A stretch of 64,000 nucleotides of DNA from Podarcis filfolensis. Lineage: Eukaryota. The position numbers were made by a program, and so were the translations under genes. Positions 21,781-33,014 of this stretch are shown piece by piece. Each line of letters starts with the position of its first letter. The first letter of the stretch is position 1. The stretch lies in NCBI GenBank assembly GCA_964270895.1, contig OZ185442.1; one strand, written 5' to 3'. A model generated the notes under the pieces. It worked only from the letters and a program-made list of their open reading frames with translations, was not told the origin of the DNA and searched no databases.

Positions 21781-23011
21781 ACCACCCAGATCTTCCTGCA
21801 TCGAGTGGGAATGAAGCTTCCAAATGGATTTGGATTAAGTCCCTGCACAATCGTGAACCCTAATAATTTCTGATTGTACAAAGGCTTCCCCTGCTTTGAG
21901 CAGAGTGCAGCTATAAGATCCCTTCATATAAAAAGATCTCCTTTTGGGATGGAGATGTTGATAGTGGGACTTGCACATGCTCTCTTTGAACGCCTGCAGA
22001 GGGCAACTGTGCTACACTGACGCAGGGTGGCTGAAAGTCCTTTCGAGTGATGTGGAAGCACACAACAGCCAAGTCTGCTACTCCACTCTGCTTCATCTTA
22101 TTAATCAGCTTTTTTAAAAAAAGAAGTATTTTTATTGGATTTTATCCACATAACCCAATTACCAAAGTAGAAATTCATGAGACAAACACATAAAAACCTA
22201 TCCAAACTAAACCTAGGCTGGCATTGGATATTACATTCACAGGAAGAAATGACAAAGCTGATTATTCGGATATTTGCGATAAGCCACAGACAAGTAACTG
22301 GAGAGTACTGTCATAAGAAATGAGAGAACAAGAAGTTTGGTGCACATGACTTGCAAGAGATACAGAAACATAAACCTATAACTGAAACCTTCAGAGGCAC
22401 AAGGAGTACCAAGAATAAAAGGCTCTATATTACATCAAGAAATTTTTTCCAACCAATTAGGTGTTACTTATCCCAACTTTCTCTTGAGACTTGTGGAAGA
22501 GACAAATGTAAATTTTCTTTTTTTATGTATTTAATAAAATCTCACCAAACTGAGACAAAAGAAGTTACCTTTGTTTTTCCTTTCAAAAAAAAAAGGTGTT
22601 ACGTGCTAAGCTTTTCATGTAATGCAATTTTCCATATATTACTCCATCACAATGAGGCGTTAATTTCAGGCAATGTTTTTCATATTTGGGCAATTGACAG
22701 ATGTGCATCATTAAGAAGGTGATTTAACAATTCAGCTTCTGTGTCACTGACTGGAAGCTCAAGCAAATGAACAGAAGCTACATGTGATTTACCTGTCAGT
22801 GAGCTGTACAAGTTCAGCCTGCCAGATGGGGAGGGATCAAATGTTTGAATGCTGCCCCATGCAATATCCCATTCACCCTTCCTACACACATGCAACTGTC
22901 ATGACACACAGAAGGGAACATGTTTTGTGATGAGAATTTATCCATCCAGTCTTCCCTGCTCCCTGTGTAAGGTATGACATGGTATAGCTGGCCAACATAT
23001 TACATCGTAGC

Positions 23012-23122
23012 AAGATAGGAAGTTGATTTATACTGAGTCAGACCATTGGTCAATTCAGCTCATTTTTGCCTTCATTGACTGGCAGCTGCTCTCCAGGGTT
23101 TCAGACGAGTCTCTCCCAGCCC
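23012..23122 (-). mobile_element. tRNA-derived SINE (ATGTTCCT-type tail family), 3' part
   Basis: TATACTGAGTCAGACCATTGGTC...GACTGGCAGCTGCTCTCCAGGGTTTCAG; homologous to 31820, 38415 and 51395. Confidence 0.75.
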
Positions 23123-23486
23123 AGTGGGAACTGAGAGCAAGGGTCAGAAGGCAGGGAGGCCAGCGGTAGGTGGAACCAGAGCTAATGATAGCCAGAGCTA
23201 GCTTATTTTACTGTTTCACCCATCCTTCTTCCTGCTTAGTTCTACAAGGGACAACACTGAGATGGAGGAGAAGGAAGACAGGCAGTGACACCCCCTGGAT
23301 CAATTGCAAGTAAGAAGGCAGGCAGGGACTGACTGATGGCAGCCTGTGGTTGGTGGGGCAGTGGCACATTTGCCTTAATGGACCAGCCACTGCTGTTCCA
23401 GTTCTGCATTATTATTATTCATTAAATTTGTTAGCTGTTTTTTCTTGCCCAAGGTAACCCAAGCGACTTACAAGCAAACAAAAAAT

Positions 23487-23632
23487 GGAGATGCTGGAAA
23501 CTGAACCTGGGACCTTCGTTCCTGTATTGCAAGGGGTTGGACTCTATGACCTTTGGTGTCCCTTCCAACCCTACAATGCTGTGATTTTGTGATTCTGCAT
23601 TGAAAGCAGATGCTTTACATCCATGCTATGGC
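23487..23632 (-). mobile_element. tRNA-derived SINE head interrupted by a + strand CR1-type tail (23518-23592)
   Basis: Host GGAGATGCTGG..TGAACCTGGGACCTTC|...|TGCATTGAAAGCAGATGC. Insert TTCCTGTATTGCAAGGGGTTGGACT...CCCTTCCAACCCTACAATGCTGTGATT. Confidence 0.7.
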
Positions 23633-24159
23633 CTGGCTGGCTCCTGCTTGTCCATTTTAGCTTCTAGTTGCAATGCTAAGATGCAGCAGTGTCAACCTAT
23701 GGATGGTGGCGCCATCACTGTTCTACAAGGTATGCCACAGGGACACTTCTAACACCTGATCCATACCGTTACTTCTTTGTGTGTACAATTTAGCTGCTCC
23801 AGGCTGTTAACTTTCCTCTTATTACATTCTCCTACATACATGCCAACAATAGTCTGTGTGCCTTTTGTATGTGTTATGGTTTCATTTTCACATATTAAGG
23901 GTGCCTTTGTTGCCAAGCAACTCTGCTTGTATTGCATCCACTCTGCGGTTTCCTACACTAGAGGACTGTATCATAATAAAGTTTCACAGTTTGTGTCCAG
24001 GGCCTCTGAAAAGTACAAATTCTGGCTGAATTTGAGGCATATTCCTGGGGCTCTGCTTGCCATCATGGTCCTCTGGTCTAAGATGGTACCATAGTCTCTG
24101 GGGGTCTTGCTGATGTTCCTTCACTGTGTTTATTTACTTGCAGTGCTTGGACCCTAAAT

Positions 24160-24718
24160 GTAGCTTAGCAGGAGTCAACACTGTGATGCAGCAGCAAAAG
24201 AAGCTAATACAACTCTAGGTTGTATCAACAGAAGTATAATGTCCAGAGCAAAGGAAGTAATAGTAATGCCAGAGCCAGCACATCCCATTTCACCACTTGA
24301 AGTGGCGCAAAGCAGTGACAGCAGTTTCCTCATGGGTGGGCCGGCCCTGAGTAGGACTTTATTCTGCCTTGGTCAGGCCGCACCTGGAGTCCTGTGTCCA
24401 GTTCTGAGCACCACAGTCAATTAAGGATATTGACAAGCTGGAATGTGTGCAGAGGAGGGCAACAAAGATGATCAAGGGTTTGGAAAGCAAGCCTTATGAA
24501 GAACTGTTGAGGGAGTTGGGTGTGTTTAGCTTGGATAAGAAGAGACTAAGAGGAATTATGATAGCCATCTTCAAATATTTGAAAGGCTGTCACATGGATG
24601 ATGGAGCAAGCTTTTTTTCTGCTGCTCTAGAGGGTAGGAGTTGAATCAATGGATTAAAAAAAAACAAGAAAAGAGATTCCAGGTAAACATGAAGGAGAAC
24701 TTTCTGATGGTAAGAGCT
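24160..24718 (+). mobile_element. CR1 LINE ORF2 C-terminal fragment
   Basis: Translation VQRRATKMIKGLESKPYEELLRELGVFSL.K.RLRG.MIAIFKYLKG is classic CR1/L3. Confidence 0.92.
24270..24349. mobile_element. 80-bp hAT (Tip100/MER45-like ends) mini-MITE inside CR1
   Basis: TIRs CAGAGCCAGCACATCC / GGGTGGGCCGGCCCTG; flanks AGTAATGC and AGTAGGAC (5/8 match). Confidence 0.65.
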
Positions 24719-24799
24719 TGCCTTTACATCTCACTTCCCCCAAATTCCAGTGTAACTAAGAGAATGTTCCAGGGTATGTACTGAAGGCACTGACCAACC

Positions 24800-24990
24800 C
24801 CAAACCTGCCTGAATGAGAGACTGCCTGGGGGCCACGTGTATCCTGGCTAGAATGTGTTCTCAAACTCTGATAATGCCTCTGGCCTACTAGGATGGAGGA
24901 CAGACAGGTGTGTGTGAGTGTGTATAGAAACTAGTGTATTGTATAAAACTAAAATTTACATGGGGAGGTAGCCACCCCTTTGGAACTGCC
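24800..24990 (+). mobile_element. hAT family A internal fragment
   Basis: GAATGTGTTCTCAAACTCTGATAATGCCTC...GTATAGAAACTAG...AAAATTTACAT matches 11676-11790. Confidence 0.65.
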
Positions 24991-25169
24991 CCCACACAAG
25001 CAATTTTACCTTATGGAGCCAGCACACCTAATGGGTCTTACTGAGCTCTGAGAGACTGTCTCATGATCTCCCTCAGAGCCCAGTAAGCAATCCTGAGACC
25101 TTTAAAGCTCTTTCCACACTGGGACGACCCTGCATAAAAATAACTTTTAAGCTCTCCTCCTTCCATGCA

Positions 25170-25234
25170 TTTAATTTGTGTGATTTCAACCAGCCAGCCT
25201 TCAGCCGCATAAAGTTGAAATCACACAAGTTAAA
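25170..25234. repeat. Inverted repeat, 21-bp arms with a 23-nt loop
   Basis: TTTAATTTGTGTGATTTCAAC (25170-25190) / GTTGAAATCACACAAGTTAAA (25214-25234). The single mismatch would be a G:U pair in + strand RNA. Confidence 0.9.
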
Positions 25235-26746
25235 AGTATATAAATTGTGAGTTATCTGCATTCATATTTACTTGGGTAGTTTTTTTAAAAAATACTCACG
25301 CATTGTGTAAATCTGTACAGTACTTTCATTTTCTCCCCTTTTAAATAATTATATGTGAGCAACAGATGGGTTGGATCAACATCTGTCTGTGAAGGTGGAA
25401 AGGGAGACAAGATTGAGGTGTATGGAGTGCTAGATGATCCCACTGCACACTGTTTTTTGACAGCTGATCCTTGAATGCTATCCCTGGCACCTTCATTCAT
25501 TCATAGTTTCCTGGAGCTCAGTCATAGCTCTTTTTGTTGATCCTGCAGGAGGAGTGAGGCCCAATCTGTCCAAAAGTAACAGGGGCCTGGGGAGGATGGA
25601 TGGATGAGCCTTGCAGGGAACACCTGTCAACAAGACATCTCGGTTAATTCATACACAAAAATAATACGTTAATATAGTGGCCAACTAAAACAGAGGGCCA
25701 GGCCCCTCTTGCTGAAGTTAAATGAGCTGAGGCTACTAGAGGCAGAAAAGGGATCAAGGTGATGATGGGAATATCCGGAACATTCCACTTCTGTTCTAAC
25801 TCTGCATCCAAAAAGGCAGTCTCGCTTCTGAAAGCTGTACACAACTGGAAAAATTTCAGGAAATAAATGCTATCCAAATGTGATCTATATGTGATATTTT
25901 ATATGGTTGTATTTTATAACCATCAATGTGCATGGCACTCTGCTGAGCAAATGTAAACTTGAGGAGGCAGGAGCATGTCTTTTTTTACGTAAGCAAAAAA
26001 ATTTCAGTTTGAAAGTGGAAGAGAAAAACAGTATGGGTTGGGAATACAGTCATTTGTCACCTTTTCCAGGAGCGTCGCTCCTACACCTTTAACAGCATCC
26101 TACACACATCAATTTATCAGGCTAAGTTTATTGCAGCACGGAGCTAATTGGGGGAAGCTTCATCTGCTGAATGTAAGCTGCTTTTAGAAGCACAGGAACA
26201 GGGCCAGTTAAAAACAGTGGCAACATAAAGAGCAGGGGAGCGAAAAGAAGAGAGGAGAGACAAAGGACATTTTAACTGCCCTTAATAGCAGCTTGACATG
26301 GAAATTTGTCAGGTGAAGCTTTTCCTGGCATGCAGATCAAGTTTTTTGGGGGGGAGGGGCTTTATTAAATTTATATTAGGTTCCTGTTAAAGGCACAACA
26401 GAGAGAATTTATAAAGTGGCAATTATACATGTGATTTAGAAAAATCAAAAGTACTTCCCAGTGTTTGGCCTCACTACCCTGTAAGGTTTATTTCTTGTTG
26501 TTCATATTTGTTTAAGAACTGAAGAAATGTTATTCGCAGAGGTGTGACTTGAATCTGAGTTACTGCTGTTACAGCCAAACTACAGTTTTAAAAACTCTTT
26601 GAAAAACTATCATGGCTTATCCCAAAGAACTCTGGGCATCTGTATTTATTTGATATGATATAATTTATATTGTTCTGCTCCATTTGGAATGTGTGTGTGT
26701 GTGTGTGTTTGTTTTTTTTAAAAAATAGCTGTAATGGTTTTATTTG

Positions 26747-26970
26747 AGCCATTGTGATGTAGTGGTTAAGAGTTCTGGATCTGGGACCTGGGGGTCCAGG
26801 GTTCAAATCCCTGCTCAGCCACAAAACTTAGTGGGTGATCTTGGGCCAGTCACAGTCTGCCAACATACCTTACTTCACAGGGTTGTTGTGAGGATAAAAT
26901 GAAGAGGAGAACCATTCATGTTATATTGAGCTCTTTGGAGGAATGGTATTGGATATAAATGGAATAAATA
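26747..26970 (+). mobile_element. tRNA-head MIR-like SINE
   Basis: GTAGTGGTTAAGAG (A box), GGGTTCAAATCCC (B box), GTGATCTTGGGCCAGTCAC core, CACAGGGTTGTTGTGAGGATAAAAT. Confidence 0.85.
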
Positions 26971-27239
26971 CATTTGCTTTATATTATATTATTCTAACCT
27001 GCTGTAGTACCTTATGGTAAATGCCCGGTAAGGAATCAAAGACCTCTGAAGGGCCACAGGTTCCTTGCCCCAGCCTAGAAAACCCAGGCGCCACTGAGGA
27101 GAGAAGGACAGGTTTGGTCGAGCTTGTCACACTTTACAGAAGGGCAGGCAGGCAACTTCAAAAAAACCCCTTTCTCCATCAAGGTTTGCCTCCTTTTTGG
27201 GGTGGGGGCATGATTTTTAGGTTTATTGGTCACTTGGGT

Positions 27240-27450
27240 GACAAAATTAAAGAACGTCATTTGGTCAGCTAAAGGAAGCAGCCCGTGTTGGAATAAACAT
27301 CATACAGCTTTGAAGGAGAAGGTGTGTGCATGTGTGCATTTGGAGCGTGGGGAGAAAAGAGAGCTTATTTCCTCAGCTTTAAAAAAGAAAAAAAAAGGGG
27401 GGGAGAAGCTTATTATGACGATAACTTTATTTTTTTTGTTGTGGCTTAAA
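27240..27450 (+). promoter_or_regulatory. Putative promoter of an unidentified + strand gene
   Basis: Directly upstream of the inferred first exon, free of recognisable TEs, purine-rich tracts, TTAAATA at ~27446. The TSS cannot be determined from sequence. Confidence 0.45.
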
Positions 27451-27917
27451 TAACACACTCCCGCCTCCTGCGTCTGTGTAAAGGAAAAACAATTCAGAAG
27501 CTGGAAGCCACTCAAGAGAAAAGGAGGGGGAGAGAGAGAGAGAGAGATACTTAAAAAAAAAAAAAATTCAACCAGCCAACCCAGCCCTCCTGAGCTGAAT
27601 TCGCCAGTCCAAAAAAAGAAAAAAAGAAGGAGCTTGTGAAAAGCTGCTAGCTCCCTCCGCGCGCTCATTCGCAGCCCTGGCTGGCTGGCTGTGCCCGGTC
27701 CTCCTCGCTCATTCTTCTTCACCTCCTTCCTCCCTCCCTTTGCTCTAAGGTGCCTCTTGAAGCCCTCAGGAGCGGGGCAGCAGCTGCAGTTCCCATGGAG
27801 TAGCAGACTCTGCCCTCGAGAGCGACTTCGCAAGTGCCTGCCGGCCTCTCCTGCCCCCCACTTGCCAGTCTGAGAGAGCCTCCCCCCACATCTTCTCTCC
27901 ACTCCCCCCACCCCAAG
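27450..27917 (+). other. Probable non-coding first exon (5' UTR) of an unidentified gene
   Basis: Locally GC- and CpG-enriched with (GA)n, An and CT-rich tracts. Only one ATG in 27421-27917. Ends at the strong donor AAG|GTAAGG (intron from 27918). Start approximate. Confidence 0.7.
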
Positions 27918-30474
27918 GTAAGGTGCCTCCTCTTTTCTCTCTGTCACATATTGAATTTCGCGTGAGTTATCTGTATATATTTATTTCCTTCAGGGACCAG
28001 TGATTTTGCCTGGTTGCTCCACTCTGCTTTATGCACAGGCAACTTTATATTTTCTCCATCTCTCCTCTCCCCCCTCTAAAATATGGTCTAATTTTAATAC
28101 ATAAATAAATCCAGAAGGTATTTTAAAACTCTTTATCTCACACTCATTTCCCCTTCTTTCCCACTAAAATTCGTTGTGTTTGTTGCTGACTTTTTCCTCT
28201 CTTTTTTCCCCTTTTTGCTGTTCCGCTGAGCCAGCTTTAAATATCTGGGGCATATTTATCTATTTTAACTAAGGGTGTGGGGTGTTCGTATGGTGTGTGT
28301 GTAGAAGCTGAATGTCCAAGGGGAGTCTCAAAATTCAATATGAATGTTGAGTTCTGATAGAGAGAAGTTGGCCGGTTGATAATTTTACCTGCATCCCAAC
28401 AATTTTTGTTCTTGTGTTTTGCTGTTGATTTAAAAATTAAGAAGAGAAAATTGGAGCTGGTTACACTTTTTATAGTCTGATAGGCAAATCAAGTCAGGAA
28501 GTGCTTTGCTTAATTGAACTCTTCCAGTCCTAGGCAATGTCGATAATTTAATGCTAATAATGAATAATAAGCAGATTAGAGGGAGTTTGTTCATGACAAG
28601 CAGCTTTGCTGTAAGCAAATGTTTAATAAATCATAAGGCCAGCAAATTCCAGAGATTTTTTTTTTAGTACTTGTTTAAAAGCAACAACAACCCATAACAC
28701 TGGATCTGTCAACTAGTGGCTCTGACCAAAAAGGGCCACAATCCAGTGAGACAGTCTCCCCTGTAAGCACCATGTATGCAAATGAATAAATTTCCCTGGG
28801 GCTTATGCAGGAGAACTTCCCACTGAAGGATTATACCCTGAAGTCTGCATTGCTGGCTGAAGTTTCTAGCATTTGGATGCTAACACAACAAACAAAGCTG
28901 GAATCCCAGTTTCTTCTGCCAGCCTTCCTACACGACAAGTGTAACTTGTTTGAATCGGGTTGTATGGTGTCAATTATATGGGGCTGTATGGAGTAAGGGT
29001 GTGTGAACTCTTCAGAGCTATGTGGGCTATTGGTTTTATAAAGGCATTCAAGAGGGGATGGTCTTTGGTCTTTTTGGCTTCTTCTACTCTGGATTTTTAT
29101 CTAGTGAGTCTGTGAGGAGCTGGGTAGAGTAAACTTACATGGGACAAGAGAAAGCTCCTTTTAATGTAACCGGGAAGGTTAGATTAATGTATTTTTGTTG
29201 AGTATATGGAAAATGGGTTGTAGATTTATGGACATGTCAGTGTGCTATGGAGCTGTGGTTTTTGTGGAATAAGGATTGTTCCTTAAAAATATGACATAAT
29301 TTGCCAATCTGGGTTCCTGCCCTGTGTGGTGGTGTTGTACAATGAATGTTGAAAGGCTCAGGAGTCATCTGCAGTGGCACACTTGGTTCATCTTGATTTG
29401 GTGGTGAATTTAACATCTTACCTTTTCCATTTGCATATGATTTGCTGCTTGGAATAGATGCAATTTCATAGCATTACTTAAATTTCTAAAATAGTTAAAT
29501 GCCAGGGGATCAAGTCAACCTGAATATTGTTGCTTGTAGTTACTCCCTAATGAGAGAATTCAATTCTTTCTTTGCACATAAATTATTTTCCTTTATAAAT
29601 ACATCATGTATTTGAGACTTGGCACTGATTCAAATTCAGCTGTATTTAATACAATCCTGGTTTGAAGAAAGGGGTTTGGATTGTTCCCTTTCAATCTACA
29701 GCAGAACAAAATGTGCAGAGTCAGGAAGCTGGCAATTCATTCATAGATGGGGGAATATCATCCACAGACAGAGCCAATCTTGCTACTAGGCCTTTTGTTG
29801 CCCAAATTCACATCACATACTTTTTTGTCTATTTCTCTGTACAAGGAAAGTGTGAAATAGTGCAATTTGAGGAGAGATGAATTCTTTCCCATTCCTCAAA
29901 ATGCAGATTCCTGTTGTTAGCTTCTCAGGCACTTCACTGGGATTGGCTACTCTCCTCTTCCCTCTCCATATTGTGGGCTGCTTCTTCCAGGGAAGTTTGC
30001 CAGAGCTGAACTGTCTTTGGGTATCTTCACATTAGTGCTTACTCTGCATCCAGTGTGCTTCCACTACTAACTGTTGAAGCTGCGCATTCGCCACAATCCA
30101 TATTCATCCTGTAGTTTCTTGACAAATACTGCTTTTTGGTGTGTGTTTTATTGAAACAAGCTTCAATCTGATTAGGAAACTGAATGTGGAGTAAGCAGTA
30201 ACGTGAACGTACCATGACAGTCGTTGTGCAGGGGCAGATGAGCAACGCAGATGACAGCTTAAAGAATAAGGAGTTATGGGGTGGGGGTGGGTTACAGGGG
30301 CGTGGAAACTAAAAAGGTTGTGTGCGTTGGGTGAAGACATCTCTGCCCCCTCTCTGATGTGAACAGCTCCATGCAAATATGGCTTGAATCGCAAACAGAG
30401 GGGATGACCTCACTGCATTTCAACCACTAGTATGAACATACCCTTTATTCTGAGAAAGTCAAAGGCAGTTAATT

Positions 30475-30555
30475 GACATAAGAAGAGCCTCTCTGGGTCA
30501 GACTAAAGCCCCGTCTAACACAGCATCTTGTTTCCCACAGTGGCTAACCTGCTGA
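30475..30555 (-). mobile_element. CR1-type tail or SINE fragment
   Basis: ACATAAGAAGAGCC..CTGGGTCAGACTAAAG...CAGCATCTTGTTTCCCACAGTGGCTAACC. Confidence 0.7.
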
Positions 30556-31286
30556 ATTTGTCTAATCCCCGTTTAAAGCCATCCTTGTTAGTGGCAAAAT
30601 CTTGTGGCACTGAATTCCACAGATAAACTATGCACTCTGTGAAAAAGCACTAGCTCCATCAGCAAGACAACTTTTAAAAGCTGAGAGGTATGTCCCTGCT
30701 GGCTGATGAACTGGGCTGAAGTAGACATTTCCACTGAGTGTTTTTTAAAATTCATTTTTTTGTTCTGTTTACGCTATAAATACAGTTCTGGAGTGTAATT
30801 TCCTGAGCTTTCTACCAGAGGAAGTTATCAGAACTTAGAGAGGGAGAAATAGGAAGAGTGTATGTGTGTGTGTGTAAGATAAATAAATGAACTATAGTCA
30901 GAAATCCAGTCCTCCTGTCATGGGGTGATTCATGTATCACAATGCGGGGCTGGGAGTAACGAGAGCTGCAAGAGGCTTGGGAGGCTGTGCTTGTATTGTG
31001 TAGACCAGATCCTGACACCTGGCTCCTTTTTCTTGCCTTTTGAAAGCATGAAACCATGGAACTCCACCTCCCTGCGAAATTTGGCAGCATTGGCAAAGAA
31101 TGCAAGCATGTAAAACACTTCTAATTCAGGAATATTTACTGAATTCTAAATCACTGTCCTGAAGCAATACCCATTTCTTATGTTTTTACAGAATTCCCAG
31201 GTAGGAACATTACTGGTTAGGCAGTTTTAGAAATATGGGCCTGAAAGTGGAACACCATGTGTGTCTTCTCAGAAGTAAGTCACATT

Positions 31287-31403
31287 GGGTGGTATTCAAC
31301 TAAGCTTTATTCAGAGTAGACCCATTAAAGTCAATGACTTTAAAGTCATGTTTATTAATCGTAGTGGGTCTAATCTGGAGTAAAACTTAGTTGAATATCA
31401 TCC
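31287..31403. mobile_element. Short palindromic MITE
   Basis: Arms GGTATTCAACTAAG..TTA.TCAGAGTAGACCCA / TGGGTCTAATCTGGAGTAAAACTTAGTTGAATA. A relative occurs at ~20060-20160. Confidence 0.7.
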
Positions 31404-31819
31404 ATTGGGTTCAGTAGAACTTATTGACAAGAAAGTGCCTATAGAACTGTCAGACTTTAAAGCATTTAGTAAGGTGGCATTTTTGTTGCCGTATCATTTG
31501 TCATCAAGATTTCAGCATGCCACAAAACAATTTCAGTATTTACATTTTGGATTTTTGTAAAAAGAAGAAGAAAGTGGTCAGTTTGTGATGAATTTTATTT
31601 CATTTCTAGTTACCGTAAGTGACATGCTTGACTTCTAATGGCAGGGGTATTGTACATGTCTGTATGTGCACAGAGGTGTCCTGCTTCTTATTGTGACATA
31701 TTGCTGGACTTTTTCCAGACACTGGGAAAAAGGAGTTACAGAGATGTATTCTGGCTACAAGCTGAGGAGGTTAGAAGGGAATATGATGGCTCTCCTGCCC
31801 AGGTTGCTAGATGTGTCAG

Positions 31820-32010
31820 AGGAATATAAGAAGCTGCTTTATACTATTCAGAATGTTGATCCATGTAGCTCAGTCTTATCTATACCTGATTGGCATCAGC
31901 TCTCCACATTTTGAGACAGGAGTCTTTTTCCAGACCTATCTGGAGATACCAGAGATTGAACCTGGAACCTTTTGGATGCAACATACGTTCTCTTCCAATG
32001 AGGAACAGTT
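31820..32010 (-). mobile_element. tRNA-derived SINE (ATGTTCCT-type tail family)
   Basis: GGAATATAAGAAGCTGCTTTATACT...GGAGATACCAGAGATTGAACCTGG. Confidence 0.75.
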
Positions 32011-32853
32011 CCTCCTCATCTCTCAAGGGGCCTTGTGTAGACTTACTGACCTCTCAAAGAATGTTCTCCAGAATTATAACTCTGTGTCTTTTCTTTTTTA
32101 TTGTTGGATTTACCTTGCCTTTCCAGTTTGCGACTTGCAATCTCAACACTAGGAAAGTTTGGAATCTAGTAAATATTTCTCTGTTACGACCTTTTGCTAC
32201 ATTACATGGCAGATAGCCCCCTGTTTTTGGCACTCCTGAAGCATCAATAGCAAAACCATGTTGAGAACAGTGCCACATGGAATGTTACTGCAAGAAACTC
32301 CTGTCAGTTTGTGGGCTGGAATATTAACTGCCTTCTGTTTCTGTTTCTGGAGGGCAGCAAGAAAAAGAATACATTATCTTTACTTGAAAAGGCCCTACTT
32401 TACAAAAGTAAAACTGAAAGACTCAGCATCAACTTTTTTTTAATGATCGAAAAGATGTATCAAGTACATTTTGAGAAGGATATATATCTGCATACTAAAA
32501 ATATAAAGTGATTTCATTTTTCTCATTTATATGGTGAATGTTATATTTCCTAGTGACAGATAGAGGCTGTCCACTTGATTCCAAGGCTCAACTAGAATTT
32601 GAACCCAGAACCATGCTTCTCCTTCGTCCCTGGTTAAACTGACCATGTTTACCTCCTAGAATCTGATGTAGTGAATTACCCATAGTTGCCTGTGCTCAGT
32701 TTCTATGATTCAGGAATAGAAAAGAATAGAATTGTGCTACATCAGCCTCTGTGATTGGCAAGCCCTATGAGACCTTTGGATTAGCCAGGCCTGATATAAA
32801 TTCTAGGGTCCTGCTCTTCTCTTGCTTAAAAGGCAGAACAGAACCATCTTCCT

Positions 32854-33014
32854 CATGGGCATAGCCAGGATTTTTGTTGGGGGGGGCAGGACTTTGTTAG
32901 GGGGAGCAGGACTTTTGTTAGGGGAGGCAGAACCGATCTGATTGGTCAGTTAGTTAAGTATTTCTGTTGTTTTACTTGATCTAGGGGGCAGCTGCTCCCC
33001 TGGCTACGCCTATG
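32854..33014. mobile_element. hAT MITE, 161 bp, perfect TSD
   Basis: TIRs CATGGGCATAGCCAGG / CCTGGCTACGCCTATG; 8-bp TSD ATCTTCCT at 32846-32853 and 33015-33022. Confidence 0.92.

Noticed and set aside
27240-27923. Assigning a gene symbol to the putative first exon
   Set aside because: No coding sequence is present and I do not recognise the UTR; any name would be a guess.
27300-27947. Longest ORF in the track (215 aa, minus strand)
   Set aside because: It is the antisense reading of the low-complexity putative 5' UTR (FFFF, LSLS, GG runs), begins at TTG, and has no domain-like content.
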